From a bacterium (GTDB lineage Bacteria > Desulfobacterota > S145-22), in contig JALSPC010000016.1 in the NCBI GenBank assembly GCA_026986155.1, positions 1 to 60,791 of the forward strand: DNA of 60,791 nt. The letters run 5' to 3'. A program made the translations under genes and the position numbers. The notes below the pieces were generated by a model that was not told the DNA's origin, searched no databases, and saw only the letters and a program-made list of their open reading frames with translations. Of this stretch, positions 26,833 through 36,249 are shown piece by piece (positions within the stretch are counted from its first letter, which is position 1; each line of letters begins with the position of its first letter).

Positions 26833-26864
26833 AAAAAAGAGGGACGAATTGTTTTCGTCCCTCT
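26833..26864 (-). terminator. Rho-independent terminator closing the bamBCDEF-like operon
   Basis: Minus-strand stem AGAGGGACGA / TCGTCCCTCT followed by TTTTTT. Confidence 0.65.
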
Positions 26865-26885
26865 CTCCGCGTGCTTTCCTCTCGG

Positions 26886-27719
26886 TTACGATTCCTTCTT
26901 CGCCACAGCGCGCTGGTCGTCGGGCACGGGCGGCGGGACCGGCACACCCCCTTCAAGCTTGGTGACGGCGGAGAATCGCGGCGGGCAGACCTCGAGGCAG
27001 GTGCCGCAACGGATGCATTTCTCCTGGTCGATGATATGGATGACCTTCTTGTCCCCGTCGATGGCGTCCACGGGGCAGTTTCTCCTGCAGGTACCGCAGC
27101 CTTGGCACTTTTCCGGATCGATATAGTAGGAAGGTTTCTCGGTAAAGAGTTTCTCCACCTCCTCGCGCGTGTAGAGGGCGGCATACTCGTCGGTGTTCTC
27201 GAGGTGCTTCAGCAGTTTGTCCCGCTTGGCGATCTTGATGTAAGGGATGTTCTTGATCACGCCCTGAATTCTCGCCTCCAGGTCGTTTTCGCTCAGATCC
27301 TCGCTGGAGCCCAGGGGACCCAGATCCCGAACCGTCTTGGTAAAGGATGTCACTGTATCCGCGAAACGGATGCCCTCGGAGGCGGTAACCCACTGCAATT
27401 TCAGCCTGTCGGGATTTATCCCCGCGTATTCAAGGAGCCTTTTCGCCAGGCTCGCCATGCTGGCCGCGTTGTAGTTGCCCTCCGGAACGTAGTGGCACTC
27501 GCCCGGCCAGCAGCAACAGATGAGAACCCCGTCAGCACCTTTTTCAAAGGCCCGGAACACGAACGACAAGTCAACCCTTCCGCCGCACATGAGGCGGATG
27601 ATCCTAATCTCTGGGGGATACTGTAGCCGGGAAACTCCGGCTATATCGGCAGCGGCGTAGCCTCACCAGTGGCACAAGAAACTAATGATCTTCGGCTTGA
27701 ATCCAAAACCTGCGCTCAT
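26886..27719 (-). CDS. bamF: MvhD-like protein fused to a 2x[4Fe-4S] ferredoxin domain (BamF-like), with in-frame UGA read as selenocysteine
   Basis: The track shows only 26886..27590. The same frame is open up to the ATG at 27719 except for a TGA at 27663..27665. Translation: MSAGFGFKPKIISFLCHW-U-GYAAADIAGVSRLQYPPEIRIIRLMCGGRVD. The TGA sits at the second Cys of the MvhD CxWC motif. The C-terminus carries CQGCGTCRRNCP and CIRCGTCLEVCP. Confidence 0.8.
27617..27647 (-). other. SECIS-like hairpin candidate downstream of the bamF-like UGA
   Basis: The minus-strand RNA GAUAUAGCCGG-AGUUUC-CCGGCUA(CAG)UAUC forms an 11-bp stem with a 3-nt bulge. It starts 15 nt after the UGA. Confidence 0.4.
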
Positions 27720-27750
27720 TTGTGGTCTTCTCCTTTTCGTTCAACAGCGG

Positions 27751-30700
27751 CTACAAAATCTTTGAAACCGCCGCGTCAATCTCACTGATGACCTCTTCGT
27801 TGTTGTAATGCTTCAGGGAAATGGCCGCCGTCGGGCAGACCGCGTTGCATAATCCGCATCCCTTACAGAGGACGGGGTTGACTACCGCCTTTTCCCTTTT
27901 CCGTTTCTCCTCGAGCCGGATGGCCCCGTATGTGCAGGCCTCCGCGCACGCACCGCATCCCATGCACCGCTTCTCGTCCACCGTGCAGACGGCGCCGGAG
28001 ACCGTGACGATGTCGTGGGAGAGGAGAGTCAAGACACGCCCGGCCGCCCCGTAGGCCTGGTTGATCGATTCCTCGATGTGCTTGGGGTAGTGGGCGATGC
28101 CGCAGAGAAAGACGCCGTCCGTGGCGAAATCCACGGGCCGCAACTTGACGTGTGCTTCCTTGAAGAAGCCGTCCGGCCCCAGGGGAACCTTGAAGAGGTT
28201 GGCGATCTTCTGACTTTCCGGGGAGGGCACCACGGCGGCCGCCAGGCCGAGGATGTCGGCGTCGATGGCAATGTCCTTCCCCAGAATGGGATCATAGACG
28301 CCCACCCGCAGAACCTTCCTGCCCCCTTCCTCCACGGGCTGGACAATGGGGGCCTTTTCGGGCTCGTAGCGGATGAACTTGATGTCGTTCTCGGAGGCCT
28401 CGCGGTAGTAGTCCTCCTTGAAGCCGTAGGTTCGCATATCCCTGAAGAGGATGTAGATATCGGCCTGAGGATTGGCTCTTTTCAGGTTCAAGGCGTTCTT
28501 GACCGCGTGGCTGCAACAAACCCGGCTGCAGTAGTTCCTCTCCTCGTTCCGGCAACCCACGCACTGGATCATCACCACGTTTTCGGCGTTCATCACCGCC
28601 TCGTCGCCCTTGGCGATTTTCTCCTCCATCTCCAGGTAGGTGAGCACCTTGTCGTTCTCTCCGTAGAGATACTCGGAGGGGGTATATTCGTCGGCGCCGA
28701 TGGCGATAACCGTGGCCCCGTGTTCGATCTCGCGGGTCCAGCCGCCGGTATCAACGGTGGTTACGAAGTTCCCAATGTAGCCCCTTACTTCCGTGATGGC
28801 CGAGCCGGTCATGACATGAATGAGGGGATGGCTGTAAACCTTCCTGGCCAGGTCCCCGAGGTAGGTCTGAACGTCCATCCCTTCCAGGGTCCGGTAGAGT
28901 TTCCGCGCCATGCCGCCCAGCTCGGATTCCTTTTCAACGAGATAGACGTCATGTCCCTGATTGGCGATGGAAAGAGCGCAGGACATTCCCGCGACGCCCC
29001 CGCCCACCACCAGGGCGTTCTTGTTGACGGGCAGCTCAATCTCCTGGAGAGGCTCCAGGTGCGTGGCCCGGGCCACGGACATCCGGATGATATCCTTCGC
29101 CTTTTCGGTGGCCTCCTCCTTCTCCTTGGAATGGACCCACGAGTTGTGCTCTCGAATGTTGGCCATCTCGAGGAAATACTGGTTGAGGCCCGCCTCCCGG
29201 ACCGTGTCCCGAAAAAGGGGCTCCAGCGTCAGGGGGGAACAGGCCGCGATGACCACGCGATTGAGATTCTTCTCCTTGATGGTATCGGTAATCTCCTGGG
29301 CGGCGTTGGTGGCGCAAGAGAAGAGCTGCTCCATGGAGAAGACCACGTTGGGCAGCGTCCGCGAATACTCGACCACCGAGGGAACATCGACCACGCTGCC
29401 GATATTGGCGCCGCAATGGCAGACGAAGACCCCGATCCGCGGCTCCTCTTCCGCCACGTCACGCTCGACGGGATAAACCTTCTCGACGGTAAGTTTGGAC
29501 CGCCGCTTTTCGAGGAGTTCCCCGGTGAGGGAGCTGGCTCCGCTGGCGGAAAAGACCGACTCGGGAATGTCGATGGGTCCCTGGAAGGCGCCGCTCACGA
29601 AGATTCCGGGACGCGTGGTTTCGATGGGGAGGGCGGGATTGGTTTTGCAAAAGCCATGCTCGTTGAGTTCTATCCCGAACTTTTCGGCCAGTGCGTCCGC
29701 CCGCTTTGGGGGATCCAGGCCCACGGAGAGAACCACCAGGTCGAATTCCTCCTCTTTGACGCCCTCATCAGGCGTGGCGTAGCGGACAGTGACGTTCTTG
29801 GTCTCCGGGTCTTCCCCCCCCACGGAGACGTAGCTGCGGATGAAGCGAACCCCGGGAAGATCCGCCGTTCTCTGGTAATATCGCTCGAAATCCTTCCCAT
29901 AGGATCGGACGTCGTTGTGAAAGATGGTGCACTCGGCCTCTTCGTCATGCACCTTCATGAGGGTGGCCTGCTTCTGGGCGTAGGTGCAGCAGACGGTGGA
30001 GCAGTAGGTATTGCTCCCTTCTTGAACCTTCCGCGACCCCACGCACTGGATCCAGGCAACCTTCTTGGGATGTTTCTGGTCCGAGGGACGCAGGACCTCT
30101 CCCCGGTAAGGCCCCGTGGAGCAGGTGAGGCGCTCGAAGTCGAGGCTGGTCACCACGTTCTCATAGACCCCATAGCCGTAGTCCCTGCTCAGGCTGGGAT
30201 CGAAGGGCTCGAAGCCCGAGGCCAGGACCACCGCCCCCACGTTGACCTCCACCTTCTCCGGGGTCTGACTGAAATCAATGGCCTTGTTCTCACAGACACT
30301 CTGGCAGATGAGGCACTTCTCTTCCGTCAGGTAGATGCAGGCGTCGGGGTCCACGTAGGTGACCAGGGGAACGGCCTGCTCGAAGTAGATGTGGATGGCC
30401 TTGTTGTTGGACAAATCCTGGTTGTAGGGATCAGGGACCTGGATGGGACAATACCTCACGCAGGTGTTACAGCCCGTGCAGATGTCCTCGATGATGTAGC
30501 GGGGTTTCTTGACCAAGGTGACGTTGAAATCCCCCGCTTCCCCGTCAACCTGCTCGATTTCCGTGTAGGTTAAAACCTCGATGTTGGGATGCCGGCCGAC
30601 CTCGACCAGTTTGGGCGCCAGGATTCACGTGGAGCACTCGTTGGTCGGAAAGGTCTTGTCCAGCTGGGCCATGTGGCCGCCGATGGACGGGGCGCTTTCC

Positions 30701-30843
30701 ACCAGGTAAACCTTGAAGCCGGCGGCGGCCAGGTCGAGGGAGGCCTGCACCCCGCTGATTCCCCCGCCCACGACCATGACATCGCCAAAATTTCCCTCCA
30801 TGGGCATCGTCAAAGGCTGTCCTTTATCGAATTCTTTTTCCAT
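27751..30843 (-). CDS. bamE: Large HdrA-like flavo-FeS protein (BamE-like), with in-frame UGA read as selenocysteine
   Basis: Track ORFs 27751..30516 and 30625..30843 are in the same frame, giving 1031 codons in total. They are interrupted only by a TGA at 30625..30627. Context: [34 protein letters not shown], where HdrA normally has ...NDCSMC-ILAPK. Two GxGxxG sites ([32 protein letters not shown]). Four ferredoxin-type CxxCxxCxxxCP motifs. Confidence 0.8.
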
Positions 30844-32039
30844 TACGCGTTGACCTCACCGGTTTCTTCCGTTTCCTTTATCGCCTCCAGGATAACCTCG
30901 GTAATATCCTTGATCTTCAAGACATCATCGTATTCCATGGTGATGCGGCTGTCCTCGAAGTTGGTGATGCAGTAGGGACAGGCCGTCACCAGTTCCTCCG
31001 CCCCGGCATCCACCGCCTGCTTCAGCCGGATGTCTGAGAAACGCTCCCCCTTGGGGACCTCCATCCAGATCCTTCCCGCGCCGCCGCCGCAGCAGAGGGC
31101 GTCCTCGCGGGTTTCAGCCATCTCCACCAGTTCCAGGCCGTCAATCCGCGAGAGCACCTCCCGAGGCTCGTCGTAGATCCCATTGTGGCGGCCCAGGTAA
31201 CAGGGGTCGTGGTAGGTAATCTTCTTCGCGAATTTTCCGTCGATTTTCAGCCTTCCCGCCTCGATGAGCTCAAAGAGGAACTGCGTGATATGCACGATCT
31301 CGAAATGGACCATAAATTCGGGGTATTCATTCTTGAAGGTATGGTAACAATGGGGAGAAGAGACCAGGATACGCTTCACGCCGTGGTCGATGAAGGTCTT
31401 GATATTCGCCTTAGCCAGGGAAATGAACATCTCTTCGTCCCCCGTCTTGCGGATGCTCTCGCCGCAGCAGTTCTCTTCCTTCCCCAGGATGCCGAAGGAG
31501 ACGCCCGCCTTTTTGAGAATCTCCACGGTGGCTCGGGCCACCTTTTTCAGCCTCGGGTCGTAACTGGGATAGCATCCGGGGAAGTAGAGGATCTCCATGT
31601 CCTGCTCAAAGGGCTTTACCCCCAGGCCTTCCGCCCAGGCGGCGCGGTCTTCACGCTTCTCGTTGAGGGGATTGCCCTCTGCCAGGAGACTGGCCCGGAT
31701 CGACCGGATGGGTTGAACGGCCGAGGGGAAGGCCATGTATTCCGTAGCGACCCGCCTCAGCGCGATCACCGAATCAATCTGTCTCACGTCCCTCGGACAC
31801 CGCTGGGGGCACTTCCCGCAACTGGTGCACCGCCAGATATCTTCCGCCTCGATGTCGGTCATCCCGAACGTCGCTTCCCGCACGATCTTGCGCATGCTGA
31901 AGGTAATAACCTTGTTCCACGGGCAAACCGTATCGCACAACCCGCACTGGAAACACCGCTTGAAGGCGTCCCCGCCCTGTTCCTTTATGACCTCAACGAT
32001 TTCCTTGTAATCGGCAATATTCTCCACGGTCTCTACCAA
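30843..32039 (-). CDS. bamD: HdrD-like FeS protein with CCG domains (BamD-like)
   Basis: 398 aa. [13 protein letters not shown] and [16 protein letters not shown] motifs [10 protein letters not shown] and [12 protein letters not shown]. The start is uncertain: TTG at 32039 or GTG at 32027. Confidence 0.8.
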   Translation of the reverse strand: MVETVENIADYKEIVEVIKEQGGDAFKRCFQCGLCDTVCPWNKVITFSMRKIVREATFGMTDIEAEDIWRCTSCGKCPQRCPRDVRQIDSVIALRRVATEYMAFPSAVQPIRSIRASLLAEGNPLNEKREDRAAWAEGLGVKPFEQDMEILYFPGCYPSYDPRLKKVARATVEILKKAGVSFGILGKEENCCGESIRKTGDEEMFISLAKANIKTFIDHGVKRILVSSPHCYHTFKNEYPEFMVHFEIVHITQFLFELIEAGRLKIDGKFAKKITYHDPCYLGRHNGIYDEPREVLSRIDGLELVEMAETREDALCCGGGAGRIWMEVPKGERFSDIRLKQAVDAGAEELVTACPYCITNFEDSRITMEYDDVLKIKDITEVILEAIKETEETGEVNA

Positions 32040-32054
32040 CCCTCTTTTTAAGGC

Positions 32055-32624
32055 TTAGACGGCCCCTTCTTCCTTTGCTGCCGCCATCCGGGCCAAGGTT
32101 TTCATCAGCTTATCCATACCATACTTGTCGATGAGCGCCTCGACGCCCAGCTCCAGGTCTTCCACTTTCACCTCTTCTTCCTCTTCCTCGACCTCCACTT
32201 CCACCTCTTCGTAGGTCAGGGCGTCGTCGATGCAGACCTGGACGCACATGGGTTCCTCCAGAGGAGGCTCCGTCTCGCACATGTCGCACTTGAGGGGCAG
32301 ACCGGAATCGGGTTCCTTGAAAAGGTCCCGGGAGGGGCAAGAGGCGCGGCAGAAGGCGCACTCGTCGTATTCCTGGCCGTTTAGGGTGTAGGTGTTGCGT
32401 CCCGCGCACTCGGCCGGGGTGTATTCTCCCGCGTAAACGGGGAGGTAGATGTTCCGGATGGGATCGTGGAACACGTGAATCCTGGCCCGGGCCGGGTTCA
32501 CGCTGCTGTATTTCGGCTCCGCATGGAAGGCGGCACAAATCGCCTCGCAGGCCCGGCAGCCGTTGCACTGATCCGCGTCAATCTTTATCCGCTTGATAAT
32601 CTTCGTTTTTTTCTTCTCCTTCAC
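32055..32624 (-). CDS. bamC: Poly-ferredoxin-like FeS subunit (BamC-like) with an acidic tail
   Basis: 189 aa. CNGCRACEAICAAFH, CAFCRASCPS, CDMCE...CVQVCIDDAL. C-terminal tail EVEVEVEEEEEEVKVEDLE. GTG start with an AGGAG SD. Confidence 0.8.
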   Translation of the reverse strand: MKEKKKTKIIKRIKIDADQCNGCRACEAICAAFHAEPKYSSVNPARARIHVFHDPIRNIYLPVYAGEYTPAECAGRNTYTLNGQEYDECAFCRASCPSRDLFKEPDSGLPLKCDMCETEPPLEEPMCVQVCIDDALTYEEVEVEVEEEEEEVKVEDLELGVEALIDKYGMDKLMKTLARMAAAKEEGAV

Positions 32625-32638
32625 GGCTCACTCCTACG

Positions 32639-34657
32639 CTAATTCTTCTCTTTTTCCCCGGACGCTTCGCTCGAAGAAGTCCCGTTCCCTTTCAGGACAC
32701 CACGTTTGATGAGGTCCTCCGCCACATATCCCAGGCCGAGACCTTCCAGTGTCTCCCTGGTAGGAACCCCATCCGTGTTCCAACCCTTGTACTTGTAATA
32801 TTCATCGAGGAGCTTCGCCTCGTATTCGGGAAACCGCTTCTTCCAGTGATCCTCGGGCGGCTTCTCGTCCGTCTTGCGCAATCCGCGCCGCAGGTTGATG
32901 GCCCGGACCAGGTTTCTTGTCCTTCGGGCTATCGTCCAGAGGCCGTCCTCGTCGATATCAAGTCCCGTGGCGTGGGAAATGATGACCGGCAGGTTATGGA
33001 TGTGGTAGGCGGGTTTCAGGGGAAAGGACGACAGTCCCGCGCAGAGGCCGAGGGTGTCATCGATGTAGTGCATCGTCTCCTGCCACTCCACCAACTCGCA
33101 GATGAGGTCGATGGGCGGCCAGAAGGGGAAGCGTTTTCCCTCCTCGCCCCATTCCATGATGAACTGCTTGAACTTCTCTTCCTTGCCCGTGGGAATCTGA
33201 ACCCAGTCCTTGATAAAATCCTCCTTCAGTTCCTTGGTGGGAAAGGGCGCCTGGGGCATCTGCCCCTCGATCTGGGTAATGTTGATCTTCTCCCCCGTGG
33301 ACCAGAGGATGTAGTAGATGGGGTTGAGCATCCCCAGCTTGATGGGAATCTGCTCGTGCTTCTTGATGGTGTTGTGGTCAAATTTTTCCGCCCCCTTCCC
33401 GATCTTCCGGGCGGCCCAATAGACGCCTTCCGCCAGGACATCGCCGATCCCTTCCCGGTGAACGATCTTGTCCAAGAGGTAGAAAAAGCGGTCCTCGTTC
33501 TTCTCGGGAAATCCCGGCAGGTCTTCATCCGTGAGGATACCGTTCTCGTAGAGCTCCACGGCAAAGGCCATGACCTGGGGCGCCGTGTAGCCGTCCACCC
33601 CGTATTCCTGGGCCAGCCCCGCGATCCGAAAACCGAATTCCAGGTCGTCCGCCATGGCCCCCATGACGTAGGTCAGCTTGGAGTAACACTTCATCATGTA
33701 CCGGTGGGTGGGCAGTTCCGGGTGAGGAACAATGGCCCCGCACCGCATGGGGCAGTTGTAACAACTTATCAGCCGCTCCACCGATCTGGACTGCACCTCA
33801 TGCCACCGTTTCTCCGTCTCCTCGGTCCAGAAATCCTTCCGGCGCACCCGGGCGTTTCCCCATGAGAAGCTGGTGGTGTGCCACTGCTCGTCGTTGATGG
33901 CCATCTCCTGGGGCGACCCGAGACCCGCCAGGATGGGCGGCACGCCCTTGATGGGGTTTTCCCTTCGGAACTCGATGTATTTCAGAATCTTGTCGCACTC
34001 CTCCCAGAACTCCGCTGGGTGGGCGATATTGAGGTCGTTCGTGCCCCTCACGGCGATGGCCTTCAGGCCCTTGCTGCCCATCACGGCGCCGATCCCGCCG
34101 CGGCTTGCGCTGGAGCGCTCGTGCTCGATGGAAGCATAATAGACCTGGTTTTCCCCCGCCAGGCCGATGGCGAGAATCCGGGCCCTCGGCTCCTTCAGTT
34201 CCTCCCGTATCAACTCCGCCGTTTCCAGCGCCCCCTTGCCATGGAGATGGCTGGCGTCGCGAATTTCAACGGTATCGTTGTCTATCCAGAGATAGACCAA
34301 ACCCGAGGCCTTTCCCCTGACGATGACCTTGTCGAAACCGGCGTATTTCAACTCCGGCGCCCAAAACCCGCCCATCATGGAAAAGGCCATCAGCCGGGTC
34401 TGGGGTGACAAGGTCGTCACGATGGTCCGGTTCGCCGAAGGCGCCAGCGTGCCTCCCAGGAGGCCCGAACTGAAGATGATGATGTTCTCCGGCGAAAGGG
34501 GATCCGTCTCCGGAGGAACACGGTCCCATAGGATCTTGGCGTTCGTCCCCAATCCTCCCAGGAAAAGCTCCGTGTCCCTTGGATCCGTCGCGACCTTCTC
34601 GATGTTCCCGTGCGTAAGGTCAACCTCTAAATTGAAACCTGTCTCTGTATACCTCAT
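32639..34657 (-). CDS. bamB: Aldehyde:ferredoxin oxidoreductase-family tungsten/molybdopterin enzyme (BamB-like)
   Basis: 672 aa. AOR N-terminal domain LFLGGLGTNAKILWD...IIIFSSGLLGGTLAPSANR. It is the first gene of a BCDEF-ordered operon. AGGAGG SD. Confidence 0.8.
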   Translation of the reverse strand: MRYTETGFNLEVDLTHGNIEKVATDPRDTELFLGGLGTNAKILWDRVPPETDPLSPENIIIFSSGLLGGTLAPSANRTIVTTLSPQTRLMAFSMMGGFWAPELKYAGFDKVIVRGKASGLVYLWIDNDTVEIRDASHLHGKGALETAELIREELKEPRARILAIGLAGENQVYYASIEHERSSASRGGIGAVMGSKGLKAIAVRGTNDLNIAHPAEFWEECDKILKYIEFRRENPIKGVPPILAGLGSPQEMAINDEQWHTTSFSWGNARVRRKDFWTEETEKRWHEVQSRSVERLISCYNCPMRCGAIVPHPELPTHRYMMKCYSKLTYVMGAMADDLEFGFRIAGLAQEYGVDGYTAPQVMAFAVELYENGILTDEDLPGFPEKNEDRFFYLLDKIVHREGIGDVLAEGVYWAARKIGKGAEKFDHNTIKKHEQIPIKLGMLNPIYYILWSTGEKINITQIEGQMPQAPFPTKELKEDFIKDWVQIPTGKEEKFKQFIMEWGEEGKRFPFWPPIDLICELVEWQETMHYIDDTLGLCAGLSSFPLKPAYHIHNLPVIISHATGLDIDEDGLWTIARRTRNLVRAINLRRGLRKTDEKPPEDHWKKRFPEYEAKLLDEYYKYKGWNTDGVPTRETLEGLGLGYVAEDLIKRGVLKGNGTSSSEASGEKEKN

Positions 34658-34791
34658 TTTCTTCCCTTTTATCCTCCTGAATTAGAATCCTCTCGCCGGG
34701 CGCGCCTCGCCCCGACCCTCCAACGAAAAACAGCCTTTACCTTGCGTCAAGGCTGAAATCTGCATTTTACCTGAGTCGTCTAATTGTGAAA

Positions 34792-34820
34792 TTTATAACT
34801 TTATCAAGCATACATGTCAA
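34792..34820 (-). promoter_or_regulatory. Sigma70-type promoter candidate for the bamB-like operon
   Basis: Minus strand: TTGACA, a 17-nt spacer, then TATAAA. It lies about 130 nt upstream of the ATG. Confidence 0.4.
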
Positions 34821-34993
34821 GAAAAAAATTGGACGCGCGTTCAAATTTCCGCTCCCGCCAACAAATCAAAAGCGGTATCCCAAGAAAAATAAAATATGAT
34901 AAGATGATAAATGAAAGGAGATCGCGGTATGAACATGAGACATCAAGGACGGTCAGGCAAGAATTGTATCATCCCTTCCGGTGAATTATCGTT

Positions 34994-35638
34994 ATGAATC
35001 GCGAAATGAAACTTATTGAGAACATTCGTCTCTGTCATCCAGACATTTATCAAGTCTCCGAATCGAGTCTCATCATTTTTTACCGGGAAATCCTGAAATG
35101 GAATAAAACCTTGAACCTTGTTTCACGAAAAGACCCGGAACGCGCGACCATGAGACTTATCATCGATTCCCTCTATCTAAGGCATGTCATTGAGGGCAAC
35201 GAAGTCATTCTCGATATCGGCGCCGGCGCGGGATTTCCAAGCATACCGCTTATGCTCTGCCATGACGCTTGCGAAATCGTCATGGCCGAATCGAGGAAAA
35301 AACGCGCCGCGTTTCTCCAACACATTATTTACTTGCTGAAGATAGACAATGCCTCCGTCGTCTGCGAAACCGTTTCCGAAGATTTCTTCAAAGATTACGA
35401 GTCGTTCGACATCATTTGGGCCAAGGCCGCCCTCCCCCTCAAACGCCTTTTTGTTTTGGGAAAAAGAGGTCTCAAAAAGGGCGGTAAATTAGTCTTTTTT
35501 CGATCTTTTGAGAAAAAAGACGAACGGGAAAGACTCCGTAGAGCGGCAACCGAACATGGATACACGCCGCCGTCACAAAATGTTTATAGTTGCCCCGATT
35601 TATATCTCACCCGCACGATTACCGTCTGCAGGCGATAA
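34994..35638 (+). CDS. rsmG: 16S rRNA (guanine527-N7)-methyltransferase RsmG
   Basis: 214 aa. WNKTLNLVS and SAM motif ILDIGAGAGFPSIPL. Confidence 0.85.
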   Translation: MNREMKLIENIRLCHPDIYQVSESSLIIFYREILKWNKTLNLVSRKDPERATMRLIIDSLYLRHVIEGNEVILDIGAGAGFPSIPLMLCHDACEIVMAESRKKRAAFLQHIIYLLKIDNASVVCETVSEDFFKDYESFDIIWAKAALPLKRLFVLGKRGLKKGGKLVFFRSFEKKDERERLRRAATEHGYTPPSQNVYSCPDLYLTRTITVCRR

Positions 35639-35716
35639 ATCACAACATCCTATGCCTCCCCCCCAAGACCCCTATCGATTCAAACAAAATCCAAAATCGT
35701 CTGAAAATTGCATGCC

Positions 35717-35745
35717 TTGACAAAAATTAATGGAATTGTTAGATA
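35717..35745 (+). promoter_or_regulatory. Sigma70-type promoter candidate
   Basis: TTGACA, a 17-nt spacer, then TAGATA. It lies upstream of the 35780 gene. Confidence 0.4.
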
Positions 35746-35779
35746 AATGAGAAGTTGAAAAGGTAAGCAGGAGGGTACC

Positions 35780-36232
35780 ATGGGGTTTGAGAACAACATC
35801 AAAAAAGGGGCGGAATCGGGAATCCAGGCCATTAAAGACGGCACCAACGTGGTTTTTTCCGAGGTCAGCAAACTTTTGAAAATCTCGGAGAAAAAAATTG
35901 ACATCAATAGCTTCAAGAAGAAGATAGAAAAAAATTACACCACCCTTGGAGAATTGGTTCATCGATACCTGACGGATGGCGTTACCAATCCTCTCGATCA
36001 GGCGGATGTCCGGGAGGTCCTCCAAAACATATACAATTACAATGAAAAGATACAAGAACTACAAAGCGAGATAGAAATCATCAAAAGCATGAAACCCATA
36101 TCCGCTGAAGATAATGGCAAGACGAATGAAGTTCAAGACAACGAAAACGCGGAAATGGAAGAACAAAAACTGAATGAAGAGGAGAAAACCACCGATAATC
36201 CGATGGAGAAACCGCCCGAAAAAGAAACGTAG
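35780..36232 (+). CDS. Hypothetical coiled-coil protein with an acidic tail
   Basis: 150 aa. GGAGGG SD. Heptad-like central part. C-terminus is rich in E, N and K. I recognise no family. Confidence 0.6.
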   Translation: MGFENNIKKGAESGIQAIKDGTNVVFSEVSKLLKISEKKIDINSFKKKIEKNYTTLGELVHRYLTDGVTNPLDQADVREVLQNIYNYNEKIQELQSEIEIIKSMKPISAEDNGKTNEVQDNENAEMEEQKLNEEEKTTDNPMEKPPEKET

Positions 36233-36249
36233 AATCCGGTAAGGTTATT

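Noticed and set aside
27591-27719. Reading bamF-like and bamE-like as frameshifted or truncated pseudogenes
   Set aside because: There is no frame change. In each gene a single TGA sits exactly on a conserved Cys codon, and homologous sequence lies on both sides. Two such events in adjacent genes of a family known to use selenocysteine favour recoding.
28015-30573. 852-aa plus-strand ORF, the longest plus-strand ORF in the region
   Set aside because: It is exactly antisense to the HdrA/BamE-like gene. Its composition is low-complexity (G, D, V, L, H and R rich), and it has no motif, SD or family resemblance. This is a typical shadow ORF of a GC3-rich gene.
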